Shown one piece after another: positions 40,610 through 49,991 of a stretch of DNA of 57,226 nucleotides (the first letter of the stretch is position 1; each line of letters opens with the position of its first letter). The position numbers and the translations under genes were made by a program. The stretch is taken from the sequence record DRR378314_1853. One strand, given 5' to 3'. Below the pieces are notes generated by a model, which saw only the letters and a program-made list of their open reading frames with translations, ran no database searches and had not been told where the DNA came from.

Positions 40610-43600
40610 TTATAAGTTTAAATAATTGATAGCAATGACCGTTTGATTATAGGCATTAAGGTTCTCAAGATAAGTTAGGGTAATATTGTACCCATTTTCC
40701 ATACTCTGTATATATTGAAAAAAGTCTATTTCCCCGCTCTGATAGCTTAAGGTCGCCGTTTTTATAATTTCATCGGCAAGAACTTGACCTTCAGTCTCGT
40801 AATAGGCAAGCACTTCTTGATACTTTTTTAATTGTCCCATAAGTGACTGGTATTTGGTCCTTAACTGAACAGTATAATCCTCGGCTTCCGCCAGGGACAT
40901 CTCCTTGGCTATTTTGGCTGCCTTAATTTTGGAGGCATTACCACTAAAAAACAACGGAATCTTAACCCCCACCTGAAAACCATAAAGGTTCTCTCCCAAA
41001 GTGGAATTGGTTCCCTGGAAATAATTAAAATTCAGGTCCGGCAATAAATATTGCTGCTCTAGAGTACTTTTTGCTTGGAACATTTTTGTCCTATTTTCAA
41101 AAAACGACATCCCTGCATTATTTTCAAGATTCACATCCATTAAATGAAGTTTTTCCATAGGTATTGTCCTAACCAACAGTATAGAATCTGGCTGTACCGT
41201 TTTAATGAGTTCCTGATACGCCAAATTGGAATCTTCAATTGCTTTTTTGTAAAGTGTCTGAAGTTCCTTTTGTTTGGCCTGTGCCGTTATTTTTTCCAAA
41301 TAGTTGCTTTCGCCAAGTTCAAACCTGCGTTGGGCGGAGTAGGAAAAGCGTTCATACAGATCATTTAGTTCGCTATAGGTCTTTTCCTTGTGCCTTGCGT
41401 ATTGCAATCCATGATAATTGGAAGCCAGCTCCTGTTCCAGAATTCGCTTTTTCCGTTCATGAGCACTACTTTCTGTAAGATAATTGGCCTTATTGACACC
41501 TTTTTCTGCAAAATAAACGGTTGGAAAAAGGAAGTTCTGCTGTACACCAAAGACCTCCAAAGGCTTGTTGTTGATGGCGATATTGTTTTGATCGTAATGA
41601 TAGTATAGGTCTGTCTTATCAAAACTGAAGGCACTGCCTATAAGCGCTTTGGATTCATCCACCTTAAGTTTCGATGCCCTTAGGCCAGAGTTGTTATTTA
41701 AGGCCAAGGTGTGTATTTCATCAAAACTGAGTCCCTCCTCCTGTGCCTGAACACCACTGATACCAATTAAGAAAAGTATTACCAAACTTAGGACTTTTAC
41801 ATTGTTCTTGGAATTGACCGTCTCCTTTTTATCTTTTAAATGAAAAATAGAGTAGAGTATGGGCAATACCACCAACGTTAATATAGTGGCGGTAATAAGC
41901 CCTCCAATAACTACTGTGGCAAGTGGTCTCTGCACCTCTGCGCCTACGTTAGTGGATATAGCCATAGGAAGGAATCCCAGTGCGGCAGCGGATGCCGTCA
42001 ACAAAACGGCTCTTAACCTATCTTTTGATCCCTGTATAATAAGTTCGTCCGAATCTTCCATACCTGCGTGTTTTAATTCTTTAAAATGTTCTAACAACAC
42101 AATTCCATTGAGTACGGCAATCCCGAAAAGGGCTATGAAACCAACACCCGCAGAGATACTAAATGGCATATCCCTAACAAACAAAAGAAGTATTCCTCCA
42201 ACGGCCGCCAAAGGAATGGCCGAGTAAATAATCAGTGCCTCCCTTATTGAGCTAAATGCAAAATAGAGTAATATCAGAATAAGTACCAACGCCACTGGCA
42301 CTGCAATTTTCAGTCGGTCTTTGGCACTTTGTAAATTTTCGAACTGCCCCCCGTAAGTGATGGTGTAGCCTGTAGGTAGCTTTACATTTATTTCGATCAG
42401 CTTTTGAATGTCATCTACCACCGACTGAAGGTCCCTATTCCTTACATTGATACCCACTACTATCCTGCGTTTGGTATCGTCCCTAGAGATTTTGGCCGCT
42501 CCGGTCGTATAGGAGATTTGGGCCAACTCCCCTAAAGGAATCTTACCGGCCGACGGAGTGTCCACATATAAATTCTTAAGATTGGAAATATCCTGTCTAC
42601 TTTTTTGATCCAGTCTTAGTGTTAGGTCAAATCGCTTTTCTCCCTCAAAAACACTCCCTAGGTTGGTCCCTGCAAACCCCATGGAAATAAGATTGTTTAA
42701 ATCAGCAATATTAAGACCATATCTGGCAATCTTTGCCCTGTCGAATTTTACGTTCATTTGCGGAAGTCCTGCAATTTTCTCTACCGTTATGTCTGCCGCG
42801 CCCTCCACATTCTGAATAAGATTTCTTATTTCATTTCCTTTTTTATTCAAGATTTCCAGGTCCTCCCCGAAAATTTTAATGGCAATATCCGCGCGGACAC
42901 CCGTAATAAGTTCATTAAAGCGCATTTCAATGGGCTGGGTAAATTCTACCTCCATACCAGGGATCACTCCCAGGGCCTCCTTGAATTTATCTGCCAATTC
43001 ATCCTTAGTCTCTGCAGAAACCCATTCCTTTTTGGATTTAAGGATAATAATAACATCGCTTTCCTCCATAGACATAGGATCCGTGGGTACTTCTGCCGCA
43101 CCTATTCTGGTTACCACCTGTTTTACTTCCGGGAAATTATCAATTAGAATCCGTTCTATCTTAGTGGTAATTTCAACAGTTTCGCTCAAAGAGGTCCCTG
43201 TTTTCAAAACGGGTTGTATCACAAAGTCCCCCTCGTCCAAGGTAGGCACAAACTCTCCGCCCATAGTGGTAAATAGGTATATGGATCCCCCCAATAGCAC
43301 GACAGAAATAGCCAACACCACCTTTTTCTTTTTTAGTGCCCAACGGATAATGGGATCATAAGATCTATTTAGAAAATCCATTAGACGTACCGAAATGTTT
43401 TTTGAGGACTTGGTAGATGGTCTTATAAATATGGAGGCGGCCACCGGAACATAGGTAAAACATAAGATCATGGCACCTATTAAGGCAAAACTAAAGGTGA
43501 GCGCCATGGGTTTGAACATTTTCCCCTCTACACCACTTAAGGATAGGATTGGAATGAATACGATGAGTATAATTAGCTGCCCAAAAATAGCCGAGTTCAT

Positions 43601-44947
43601 CATTTTGGAAGCGCCATTAAAGGTAATTTCATTTTTTAGTTGCTGTCGGGCCCTTGCTCCCAGCAATTGCAATTCTCCTTTCTTAGCGGTTATTTGATAG
43701 GCTATGAATTCGACAATAATAACTGCACCATCTATAATGATCCCAAAGTCTATGGCCCCTAGGCTCATCAGGTTTGCATCTACCCCAAAAATATACATCA
43801 TTGAGAGGGCAAATAATAAACAAAGTGGAATTACGGAAGCCACTACCAAACCTGAACGGAGATTTCCCAACAGCAGAACAACCACAAAAATTACGATCAA
43901 ACATCCAAGGATTAGGTTCTCTGCCACAGTAAAGGTTGTTTTTCCAATAAGCTCGCTACGCTCCAAAAATCCATTTATAAAAACACCTTCGGGCAAGGTC
44001 TTGGAAATAGCGTCTATGCGTTCATGAACAGCTTCAATAACCTTTTTGGAATTGGCATCCTTAAGCATCATTACCTGTCCCAAAACCTTTTCTCCTTCCC
44101 CATTTCCGGTAATGGCCCCAAAACGGGTGGCACTGCCAAAACCAACATTGGCTACATCCTTAATATAAATAGGTAGGTTGTCCGTTGATTTAACTACAAT
44201 ATTTTCAATATCCTTAAGGGAAGATATAAGCCCTTCCCCCCGAATAAAGTAGGCCTGGTTTACTTTTTCTATATAACCACCTCCCGAAACGCTATTATTC
44301 TTTTCCAAGGCCGTAAAAATTTCGGCAGTGGTAATATTCATGGCATGCAGCTTTTGAGTGTTTATAGCTACTTCATATTGTTTTAAATAGCCGCCCCAAG
44401 TATTCACCTCCACTACTCCAGGAATTCCCGAAAGTTGCCTCTTCACCACCCAATCCTGAATGGTACGCAGATCCATGGCAGAATACTTGTCCTTATACCC
44501 CGGCTTAGTATCCAGAATGTATTGGTAAATTTCTCCAAGACCAGTAGTGATAGGGCCCATTTGGGGAGTACCGAATCCTGCGGGGATTTTCTCGGAGGCA
44601 GAGATTAACTTTTCGGAAATTAACTGTCGGGGCAGATAAGTGCCCATATTGTCCTCAAAGACGATGGTGACTACCGAGAGTCCAAATTTTGACACCGATC
44701 GAATTTCAATAACACCGGGCAAATTGGCCATTTCCAGTTCCACGGGATAGGTTATGAATTGCTCCATATCCTGAGTGGATAAATTCTGGGAGGTGGTAAT
44801 TACCTGTACCTGGTTATTGGTAATATCGGGAACAGCTCCAATGGGTATCTGCGTTAAGGAATACAGTCCAAAACCTATAATAAATAATGTGAGTAAAAAA
44901 ACAATTAATTTGTTCTTTATACTGAATTGTATAATATTGGATAACAT
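40610..44947 (-). CDS. czcA: CusA/CzcA heavy-metal RND transporter fused to a C-terminal TolC-like outer-membrane factor
   Basis: AVPDIT, DFGIIIDGAVIIVE (HME TM4 motif), PTLDEGD, GFIALFGIAVLNG, GAEVQRPLATVVIGG. An extra helical domain of about 380 aa carries OEP-type motifs (RRFELGESNYLE, YQSGEIDFFQY). Confidence 0.9.
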   Translation of the reverse strand: MLSNIIQFSIKNKLIVFLLTLFIIGFGLYSLTQIPIGAVPDITNNQVQVITTSQNLSTQDMEQFITYPVELEMANLPGVIEIRSVSKFGLSVVTIVFEDNMGTYLPRQLISEKLISASEKIPAGFGTPQMGPITTGLGEIYQYILDTKPGYKDKYSAMDLRTIQDWVVKRQLSGIPGVVEVNTWGGYLKQYEVAINTQKLHAMNITTAEIFTALEKNNSVSGGGYIEKVNQAYFIRGEGLISSLKDIENIVVKSTDNLPIYIKDVANVGFGSATRFGAITGNGEGEKVLGQVMMLKDANSKKVIEAVHERIDAISKTLPEGVFINGFLERSELIGKTTFTVAENLILGCLIVIFVVVLLLGNLRSGLVVASVIPLCLLFALSMMYIFGVDANLMSLGAIDFGIIIDGAVIIVEFIAYQITAKKGELQLLGARARQQLKNEITFNGASKMMNSAIFGQLIILIVFIPILSLSGVEGKMFKPMALTFSFALIGAMILCFTYVPVAASIFIRPSTKSSKNISVRLMDFLNRSYDPIIRWALKKKKVVLAISVVLLGGSIYLFTTMGGEFVPTLDEGDFVIQPVLKTGTSLSETVEITTKIERILIDNFPEVKQVVTRIGAAEVPTDPMSMEESDVIIILKSKKEWVSAETKDELADKFKEALGVIPGMEVEFTQPIEMRFNELITGVRADIAIKIFGEDLEILNKKGNEIRNLIQNVEGAADITVEKIAGLPQMNVKFDRAKIARYGLNIADLNNLISMGFAGTNLGSVFEGEKRFDLTLRLDQKSRQDISNLKNLYVDTPSAGKIPLGELAQISYTTGAAKISRDDTKRRIVVGINVRNRDLQSVVDDIQKLIEINVKLPTGYTITYGGQFENLQSAKDRLKIAVPVALVLILILLYFAFSSIREALIIYSAIPLAAVGGILLLFVRDMPFSISAGVGFIALFGIAVLNGIVLLEHFKELKHAGMEDSDELIIQGSKDRLRAVLLTASAAALGFLPMAISTNVGAEVQRPLATVVIGGLITATILTLVVLPILYSIFHLKDKKETVNSKNNVKVLSLVILFLIGISGVQAQEEGLSFDEIHTLALNNNSGLRASKLKVDESKALIGSAFSFDKTDLYYHYDQNNIAINNKPLEVFGVQQNFLFPTVYFAEKGVNKANYLTESSAHERKKRILEQELASNYHGLQYARHKEKTYSELNDLYERFSYSAQRRFELGESNYLEKITAQAKQKELQTLYKKAIEDSNLAYQELIKTVQPDSILLVRTIPMEKLHLMDVNLENNAGMSFFENRTKMFQAKSTLEQQYLLPDLNFNYFQGTNSTLGENLYGFQVGVKIPLFFSGNASKIKAAKIAKEMSLAEAEDYTVQLRTKYQSLMGQLKKYQEVLAYYETEGQVLADEIIKTATLSYQSGEIDFFQYIQSMENGYNITLTYLENLNAYNQTVIAINYLNL

Positions 44948-45023
44948 AATTCATTTATAAAAAAATTGCAAGCTATTGCAAAACAGCTTGTTAAATAATG
45001 ATTTCAATCAGTAATGAATTATG
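44945..45023 (-). promoter_or_regulatory. Predicted mRNA structure sequestering the czcA start codon, with a nested terminator-like hairpin
   Basis: Perfect 11-bp inverted repeat CATAATTCATT (44945-44955) / AATGAATTATG (45013-45023). Inner hairpin at 44970-44991 followed on the mRNA by CAA-U8. Confidence 0.6.
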
Positions 45024-45417
45024 CAGTCTTGGGGGGTTGGAAAATATCGGAATTTTCTATTTGACAATAAGATTCCTGATAAAAATAGTTTGAAGTGGTA
45101 TCTGCCACTTGAGGAGTTTTAGGTACCATAAAATCTGCTCTGCTCAGTACAAAGGCAGTGGAATAATGGGAGCAGGTTTGATGATTGAAAGGCAATTCTT
45201 CATGATCCTTCTGTTCCTCCCTATGTTCCAAATCGTGCTGGGTTTTAAGTTCCCCATAATGTTTGGATATAAAAACAAACAAGTTATCCCCATATTTCTC
45301 TTTGTGGAATTGGGCATGAGTCATAAAATCATCCAATTGGGCAACATCTACCATATCCAAATTAAAACTTTGGAACAGCAATAAAATCGACAACGTTATG
45401 GAAAATAATTTGCTCAT
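45019..45417 (-). CDS. His-rich exported protein with C-terminal IFQPP motif; candidate regulatory uORF/arrest peptide for czcA
   Basis: 132 aa from ATG 45417. N-terminal hydrophobic signal, 8 His and 2 Cys, ends SDIFQPPKTA, 71 nt upstream of czcA. Confidence 0.7.
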   Translation of the reverse strand: MSKLFSITLSILLLFQSFNLDMVDVAQLDDFMTHAQFHKEKYGDNLFVFISKHYGELKTQHDLEHREEQKDHEELPFNHQTCSHYSTAFVLSRADFMVPKTPQVADTTSNYFYQESYCQIENSDIFQPPKTA

Positions 45418-45484
45418 TTGCCCACTAAAGATAAGAAATAATAATCTCTCACAATAAAAGCTGTTACTAACTTTTTGCCAAATG

Positions 45485-46189
45485 TTATTCAATGACTACC
45501 AAGGCTTTGATCAAAGCCTCTTTTTTATGCCTGCTCAAAGGAATAACTTGTTCGTTTATTTCTACCGTGGAACCGTTAAAATTTTCAATCTTTTCCAAAT
45601 TAACCGTATAGGATTTGTGGATTCTAAGAAATTTATCCTTGGGCAATTGCTTGGCAAAGGCCTTCATGGTAGAGAGTATTAAAGTCTTTTTATCCGTGGA
45701 GATAATCTTCACATAATCTCCATAAGCCTCTATCCATAAAATCTCGTTCAGGAATAGTTTAGTTTTTTTAAGGTTACTATTTACATAAATATATTCCAGC
45801 TCAATCTCCTCCGCATTTTCATGTTCGTAATTGTTAATTGCCTTTCTTATGGAAACATCAAATCGGGTTTTATCCACTGGTTTCTGTAAATAATCCGTTA
45901 CGTCATAATCGAAGGCCTTCATGGCATAATTGGGGTTGCCGGAAATAAGTATAACCTGTGGTTTATGTTCCAAGGATTCCAGGAATTCGAATCCGTTGAA
46001 ACCTGGCATTTCAATATCCAAAAATATTAAGTCTATAATATTGCTGCCGATGTCCTTTTTTGCATCTACACCATTATCGTATTCATTTATAAGATCAAGC
46101 TTGGAGTGTTCCTTTATTATTTTAGCTACTGCGCGGCGTTGTACCGTAGAGTCGTCTATTAAAATGCATTTTAATTTAGTTTTTTTCAT
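45485..46189 (-). CDS. LytTR family response regulator (orphan)
   Basis: Receiver IDD/FLDIEMP/DYLQKP; LytTR domain IEAYGDYV, FLRIHKSY. Confidence 0.92.
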   Translation of the reverse strand: MKKTKLKCILIDDSTVQRRAVAKIIKEHSKLDLINEYDNGVDAKKDIGSNIIDLIFLDIEMPGFNGFEFLESLEHKPQVILISGNPNYAMKAFDYDVTDYLQKPVDKTRFDVSIRKAINNYEHENAEEIELEYIYVNSNLKKTKLFLNEILWIEAYGDYVKIISTDKKTLILSTMKAFAKQLPKDKFLRIHKSYTVNLEKIENFNGSTVEINEQVIPLSRHKKEALIKALVVIE

Positions 46190-46996
46190 GGTCGAAATTT
46201 AACAAACTACCACAACGAATTAAAGCTGACCAAAGCCCAAGATTGGGAACAGTCTAAATTTTCCCGCTACCGTTTGCAACAGGAATATCAACTACTTTAA
46301 TGCCCAGGGTTAGTGTTTGGCATTTTATAAGGAACAAATATACAGTATGTTATATTAAAAATAATTCTAAATTATTATAAATCGCTCAGACCAAATACAA
46401 TAGGGCCTAACACAATAAAATATCTGAAAATGGTGAACAAAAAAATGATTTATGAAGCATGACAAATGAAATATTACCCATAAAAAACCATTCGTTTTTA
46501 TGTAGCTTGCCTGTAAATCAACTTATGGTGTTTTGACCTAGTAGGATTGAGTAGCCCTTTTGATAATACCTTAGGAATATCTGTTACTTGTGTGCCAATT
46601 AATGTCCTATTTAAGGTTAAAGGAAAATTTCCCGATCGACCAATGATAATGATTAAAATACACTCTTTGTATATGTTATTTTGAATTATCTTTATGTATC
46701 TGTCCCCGAATCCAAACCTAAAATGTGCGCTCAAAATATTTTTTTCAATACCAACCTACCCAAAAAATAGTAATGATATGGATTTGGATGAAATGTTCTG
46801 GGCATATTATTTTGGAAGTTTCATTGACAAATTCGGCATTCGATGGATGAGCTGTGTCAACCAAGATTAGTCCGAATAAGTCATATAATTAAAGACAAGG
46901 GGGATCTCGACAGAACAACACCTTTAGTTACATAAATAATTGCAAATCAATACCTTAAAACAATTACAATAATCTTTCAATTTAACAAAATGTGTT

Positions 46997-47392
46997 ATGC
47001 AAGATTTTAAATTAAACAGTTCCGCAAAAGATGTTAGCTCATACATTGCCAGTTGTCCGGTAACGGTACAGGAGGTTTTGGAAAAATTGCGAAGTACCAT
47101 CCTAAAAGCGGCACCAGAGGCAGAGGAAACGATTAGTTACAAAATGCCGGCCTTTAAGTATTATGGTATGTTGGTATACTTCGCTGCCTATAAAAATCAT
47201 ATCGGATTCTATGCCACCCCAACGGGTCACAAAGAATTCGAAAAAGAATTGGCTCCCTATAAACAAGGGAAAGGTTCGGTTCAATTTCCACTAAACCAAC
47301 CCTTGCCGTTCTCTTTAGTTGCAAAAATTGTAAAATTTAGAGCACAGGAGAACTTGGCAAATTTTCAAAACAAGAAGAAAGCTAAAAAATAA
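46997..47392 (+). CDS. DUF1801 (YdhG-like) protein
   Basis: APEAEETISYKMP, YFAAYKNHIGFY, GKGSVQFP, PLP. Confidence 0.85.
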   Translation: MQDFKLNSSAKDVSSYIASCPVTVQEVLEKLRSTILKAAPEAEETISYKMPAFKYYGMLVYFAAYKNHIGFYATPTGHKEFEKELAPYKQGKGSVQFPLNQPLPFSLVAKIVKFRAQENLANFQNKKKAKK

Positions 47393-47460
47393 ATCTTAAA
47401 GTATTGTAATGAATGTGGACAATGCCCACTTCCTTAAAAATAGGCCATAATTCTCAATTA

Positions 47461-47566
47461 AACTACCTCGGGGCATTGAAAGGACCCTTATTTCAGATTT
47501 CGACGCCCGCCTGAATGGAACAGGCAGGCAAGCGCCGTAGCATTTTAATCTCGATTATTGAGTAAA
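47461..47566. repeat. Degenerate composite palindromic (REP/MITE-like) intergenic element
   Basis: GC-rich island in an AT-rich spacer with nested imperfect inverted repeats (CCCGCCTG...CAGGCAGG; CTCGATTATTGAG). Resembles dispersed Flavobacteriaceae repeats from memory; not verifiable inside this window. Confidence 0.35.
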
Positions 47567-47754
47567 ATGGTTGATCTCTGAGCCCAGACCATCTTCAATT
47601 TCAACAAAAATCTGCAATTTCCTATCTTAGTGGCTACCTTTAATTATGTAACCCTTAATACACAATGAACCATATAAAAATATAGCTCCAAGTTATTATT
47701 TTGTTATGTTCTATTTTGTTTTTATTATGACTTTTTAAAGACTAATTTTGACAT

Positions 47755-48708
47755 ATGATGAAGAACTACTTAGTCCATTTTGTTTTGTGTATTTCCTTTA
47801 TACTGGGCATAGCCTTCCCAATAGGACTTTTGGCCCAGGAAATAAAGATTTTTTCCGTTGAGGATTTTGATTTAAAAGGACCGGTTAAATCTTGTTTGGT
47901 TGCCACCGATTACGGAAAGGAAGAATATACCTTTAATGAAGGAGGAATTCTAACAAAGGCCGTTACCCGTTATAACGATACAGATTATGACATAACAATT
48001 TATAAATTGGATGGGTCCGTACTATTGGAAAAACGGTTAGAGAATTATAGGGACGGTGTATTTGTGAAGAACACCTCTATTGCCAATTTTTATGAATTGG
48101 ACACCACAGATGGCAAAAAGATTACCGAAAAAATTATTTCGTACAACAAGGAGTTTTTAGATCAGTATGAATACAACTATGGAGAGGACGGGAAGCTCTC
48201 CACCATAAAACGTATTAATGATAGTGGTATTGACGAGACTGCACTAAAATATGAAGTCTACAAAGGTGAGGTTACCGAAACATATTATTTAAATGATATC
48301 ATTTTCAAATCTATCCGGACCTCAAAAATAAAGGGAAAGGACAATACCGTTCACAAATTAATTCTGACCAAAGAATTTCTGGAAGGTTTACCTCAGAAGG
48401 CGCTGGAACAGACTTATGACAGTAATAACAAACTGGTATCGGAAAAAAAGTTTGTTTACAACGATGGTCAAAAAACATTTATTCCCACAGAGAGTATGAC
48501 CTATACGTACAATGACAAGGGAATGCTAATTTCATTAAAAACTGCCAAAGGTAAATCGGTGAGTGTCCAAGAATTTATTTACCAATACGATAGCCATGAA
48601 TCCGGCAACTGGATAAAACAGATCATTACCCCGGACAACACCTATAAAACCAGAAAGATTAAATATTACGAAAAGGAAACCATAAAGGCTCCGGAAGTCA
48701 AGTCGTAA
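47755..48708 (+). CDS. Exported hypothetical protein with YD/RHS-like Tyr-rich beta-hairpin repeats
   Basis: Signal peptide ending LLA-Q; LKGPVKS start; repeats YNYGEDGK, TYDSNNK, YTYNDKG, YQYDSHESGNWIK. Confidence 0.55.
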   Translation: MMKNYLVHFVLCISFILGIAFPIGLLAQEIKIFSVEDFDLKGPVKSCLVATDYGKEEYTFNEGGILTKAVTRYNDTDYDITIYKLDGSVLLEKRLENYRDGVFVKNTSIANFYELDTTDGKKITEKIISYNKEFLDQYEYNYGEDGKLSTIKRINDSGIDETALKYEVYKGEVTETYYLNDIIFKSIRTSKIKGKDNTVHKLILTKEFLEGLPQKALEQTYDSNNKLVSEKKFVYNDGQKTFIPTESMTYTYNDKGMLISLKTAKGKSVSVQEFIYQYDSHESGNWIKQIITPDNTYKTRKIKYYEKETIKAPEVKS

Positions 48709-48726
48709 ATACTTTATTCCGAAAAA

Positions 48727-49275
48727 TTAACTCCATTCCTCTTTTAGAAGGCCATAGCAGCAGGTATTTCGTTTGAAGCCATCCAATAGATAAACGTTAC
48801 TACGTAAAATGCCTTCCAATTTGGCCCCCAATTTTTCAACCGCCTTACGGGATTGAATATTGCGTTCATCAATCCTAAATTCTACCTTTTCAAAATGCAT
48901 TTCATTAAAGGCATAATTGAGCATTAAAAGTTTTGCCTGACCATTAAGGCCAGTGCCTTGAAATTCCCTTCCTATCCATGTGGAACCTATTTCAAGAACC
49001 TTGTTTTTTTGGTCGATATTCATAAATCGGCTACTACCCGCATACTTATTATTCCTTTTATCGTAGATAATAAAGGGCATGGCCGTAAAATTTCTTTCTT
49101 TCTCCAGAGCTTGTTCCACATACTTTTTTAGTGCTTCGGGTGTCTCAATATCAGAAGGGGAATATTGAACAAGTTTTTCCTGACCGGCAATAGGCAATAA
49201 ATGATGGTAGTTGCTCATTGACAGTGGCGCCAGTTTCACAAAATCGTTTTCCAGAATTGGGCTAAAGCTTTTCAT
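48727..49275 (-). CDS. GNAT family N-acetyltransferase (RimJ/RimL-like)
   Basis: LEIGSTW, QGTGLN, NIQSRKAVEKLGAKLEGILR. Confidence 0.88.
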   Translation of the reverse strand: MKSFSPILENDFVKLAPLSMSNYHHLLPIAGQEKLVQYSPSDIETPEALKKYVEQALEKERNFTAMPFIIYDKRNNKYAGSSRFMNIDQKNKVLEIGSTWIGREFQGTGLNGQAKLLMLNYAFNEMHFEKVEFRIDERNIQSRKAVEKLGAKLEGILRSNVYLLDGFKRNTCCYGLLKEEWS

Positions 49276-49919
49276 GTAATTAGATTGATTAAAATATCCT
49301 TTTTTATTTCATGCCCACCATCAAAATTAATCAATTCGGCTTTTCCGTTAAATAGCGATTTCAACTTTTCCTTCTCTCTTTGTAGACGGGATTCCGATAT
49401 AAATTCATCCTTATTGCCCAACACCAATTTTATCTTGGCGTTTTTGGTAAGTAAAAATTTAAAATCCTCAGGAGTAAGTTCCTCTGGGATACCGCCGGCA
49501 TAGAATATCAACTGATCTAGGTCTATTTTACTTTTCGCGGTCCAACGGGCAGCTATGGACACCCCTTGGGAAAAGCCCAATACAATTAGTCTGCAATGGG
49601 CGGGTATTTTTTCCGAGGCCAACAGATTATCCATATAATTTAAAACATTCCCCGTTTCCAAAACCGTGTTTTCCTTGGTAAGCCAACTAGCTCCAACATG
49701 CTTAAAATCCTTGTTCAAATAATATTTTGAGGGAGCCTGTGGAGCAATAATATAATTTTCCTCCTTGGGCAATTCATTAAAATATTTAATAAAATATCTG
49801 CTCAAAAATCCAATACCGTGAAATACTATCCAAACATTCTTGGTTTTTTCGCTCAGGATGTTCAAGGCGCAATAGGTATTGGTGGCAGTATATGAAATTT
49901 GCTTTTCTTTGAGTTCCAT
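49272..49919 (-). CDS. Alpha/beta hydrolase (phospholipase/carboxylesterase-like)
   Basis: FHG oxyanion motif, GFSQG nucleophile elbow, GNKDEF Asp, GGH His. Confidence 0.85.
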   Translation of the reverse strand: MELKEKQISYTATNTYCALNILSEKTKNVWIVFHGIGFLSRYFIKYFNELPKEENYIIAPQAPSKYYLNKDFKHVGASWLTKENTVLETGNVLNYMDNLLASEKIPAHCRLIVLGFSQGVSIAARWTAKSKIDLDQLIFYAGGIPEELTPEDFKFLLTKNAKIKLVLGNKDEFISESRLQREKEKLKSLFNGKAELINFDGGHEIKKDILINLIT

Positions 49920-49991
49920 AAATTTTGGGATAAGGTATAAAGTAACACAATTGTTGAATTTCTAATGCTTAATTTTACAAAAAAATAATTC

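Noticed and set aside
46498-46734. 78-aa minus-strand ORF in the 800-nt gap upstream of the LytTR gene
   Set aside because: TTG start, no motif and atypical composition. It cannot be distinguished from a chance ORF, although the gap may hold a decayed gene or sRNA.
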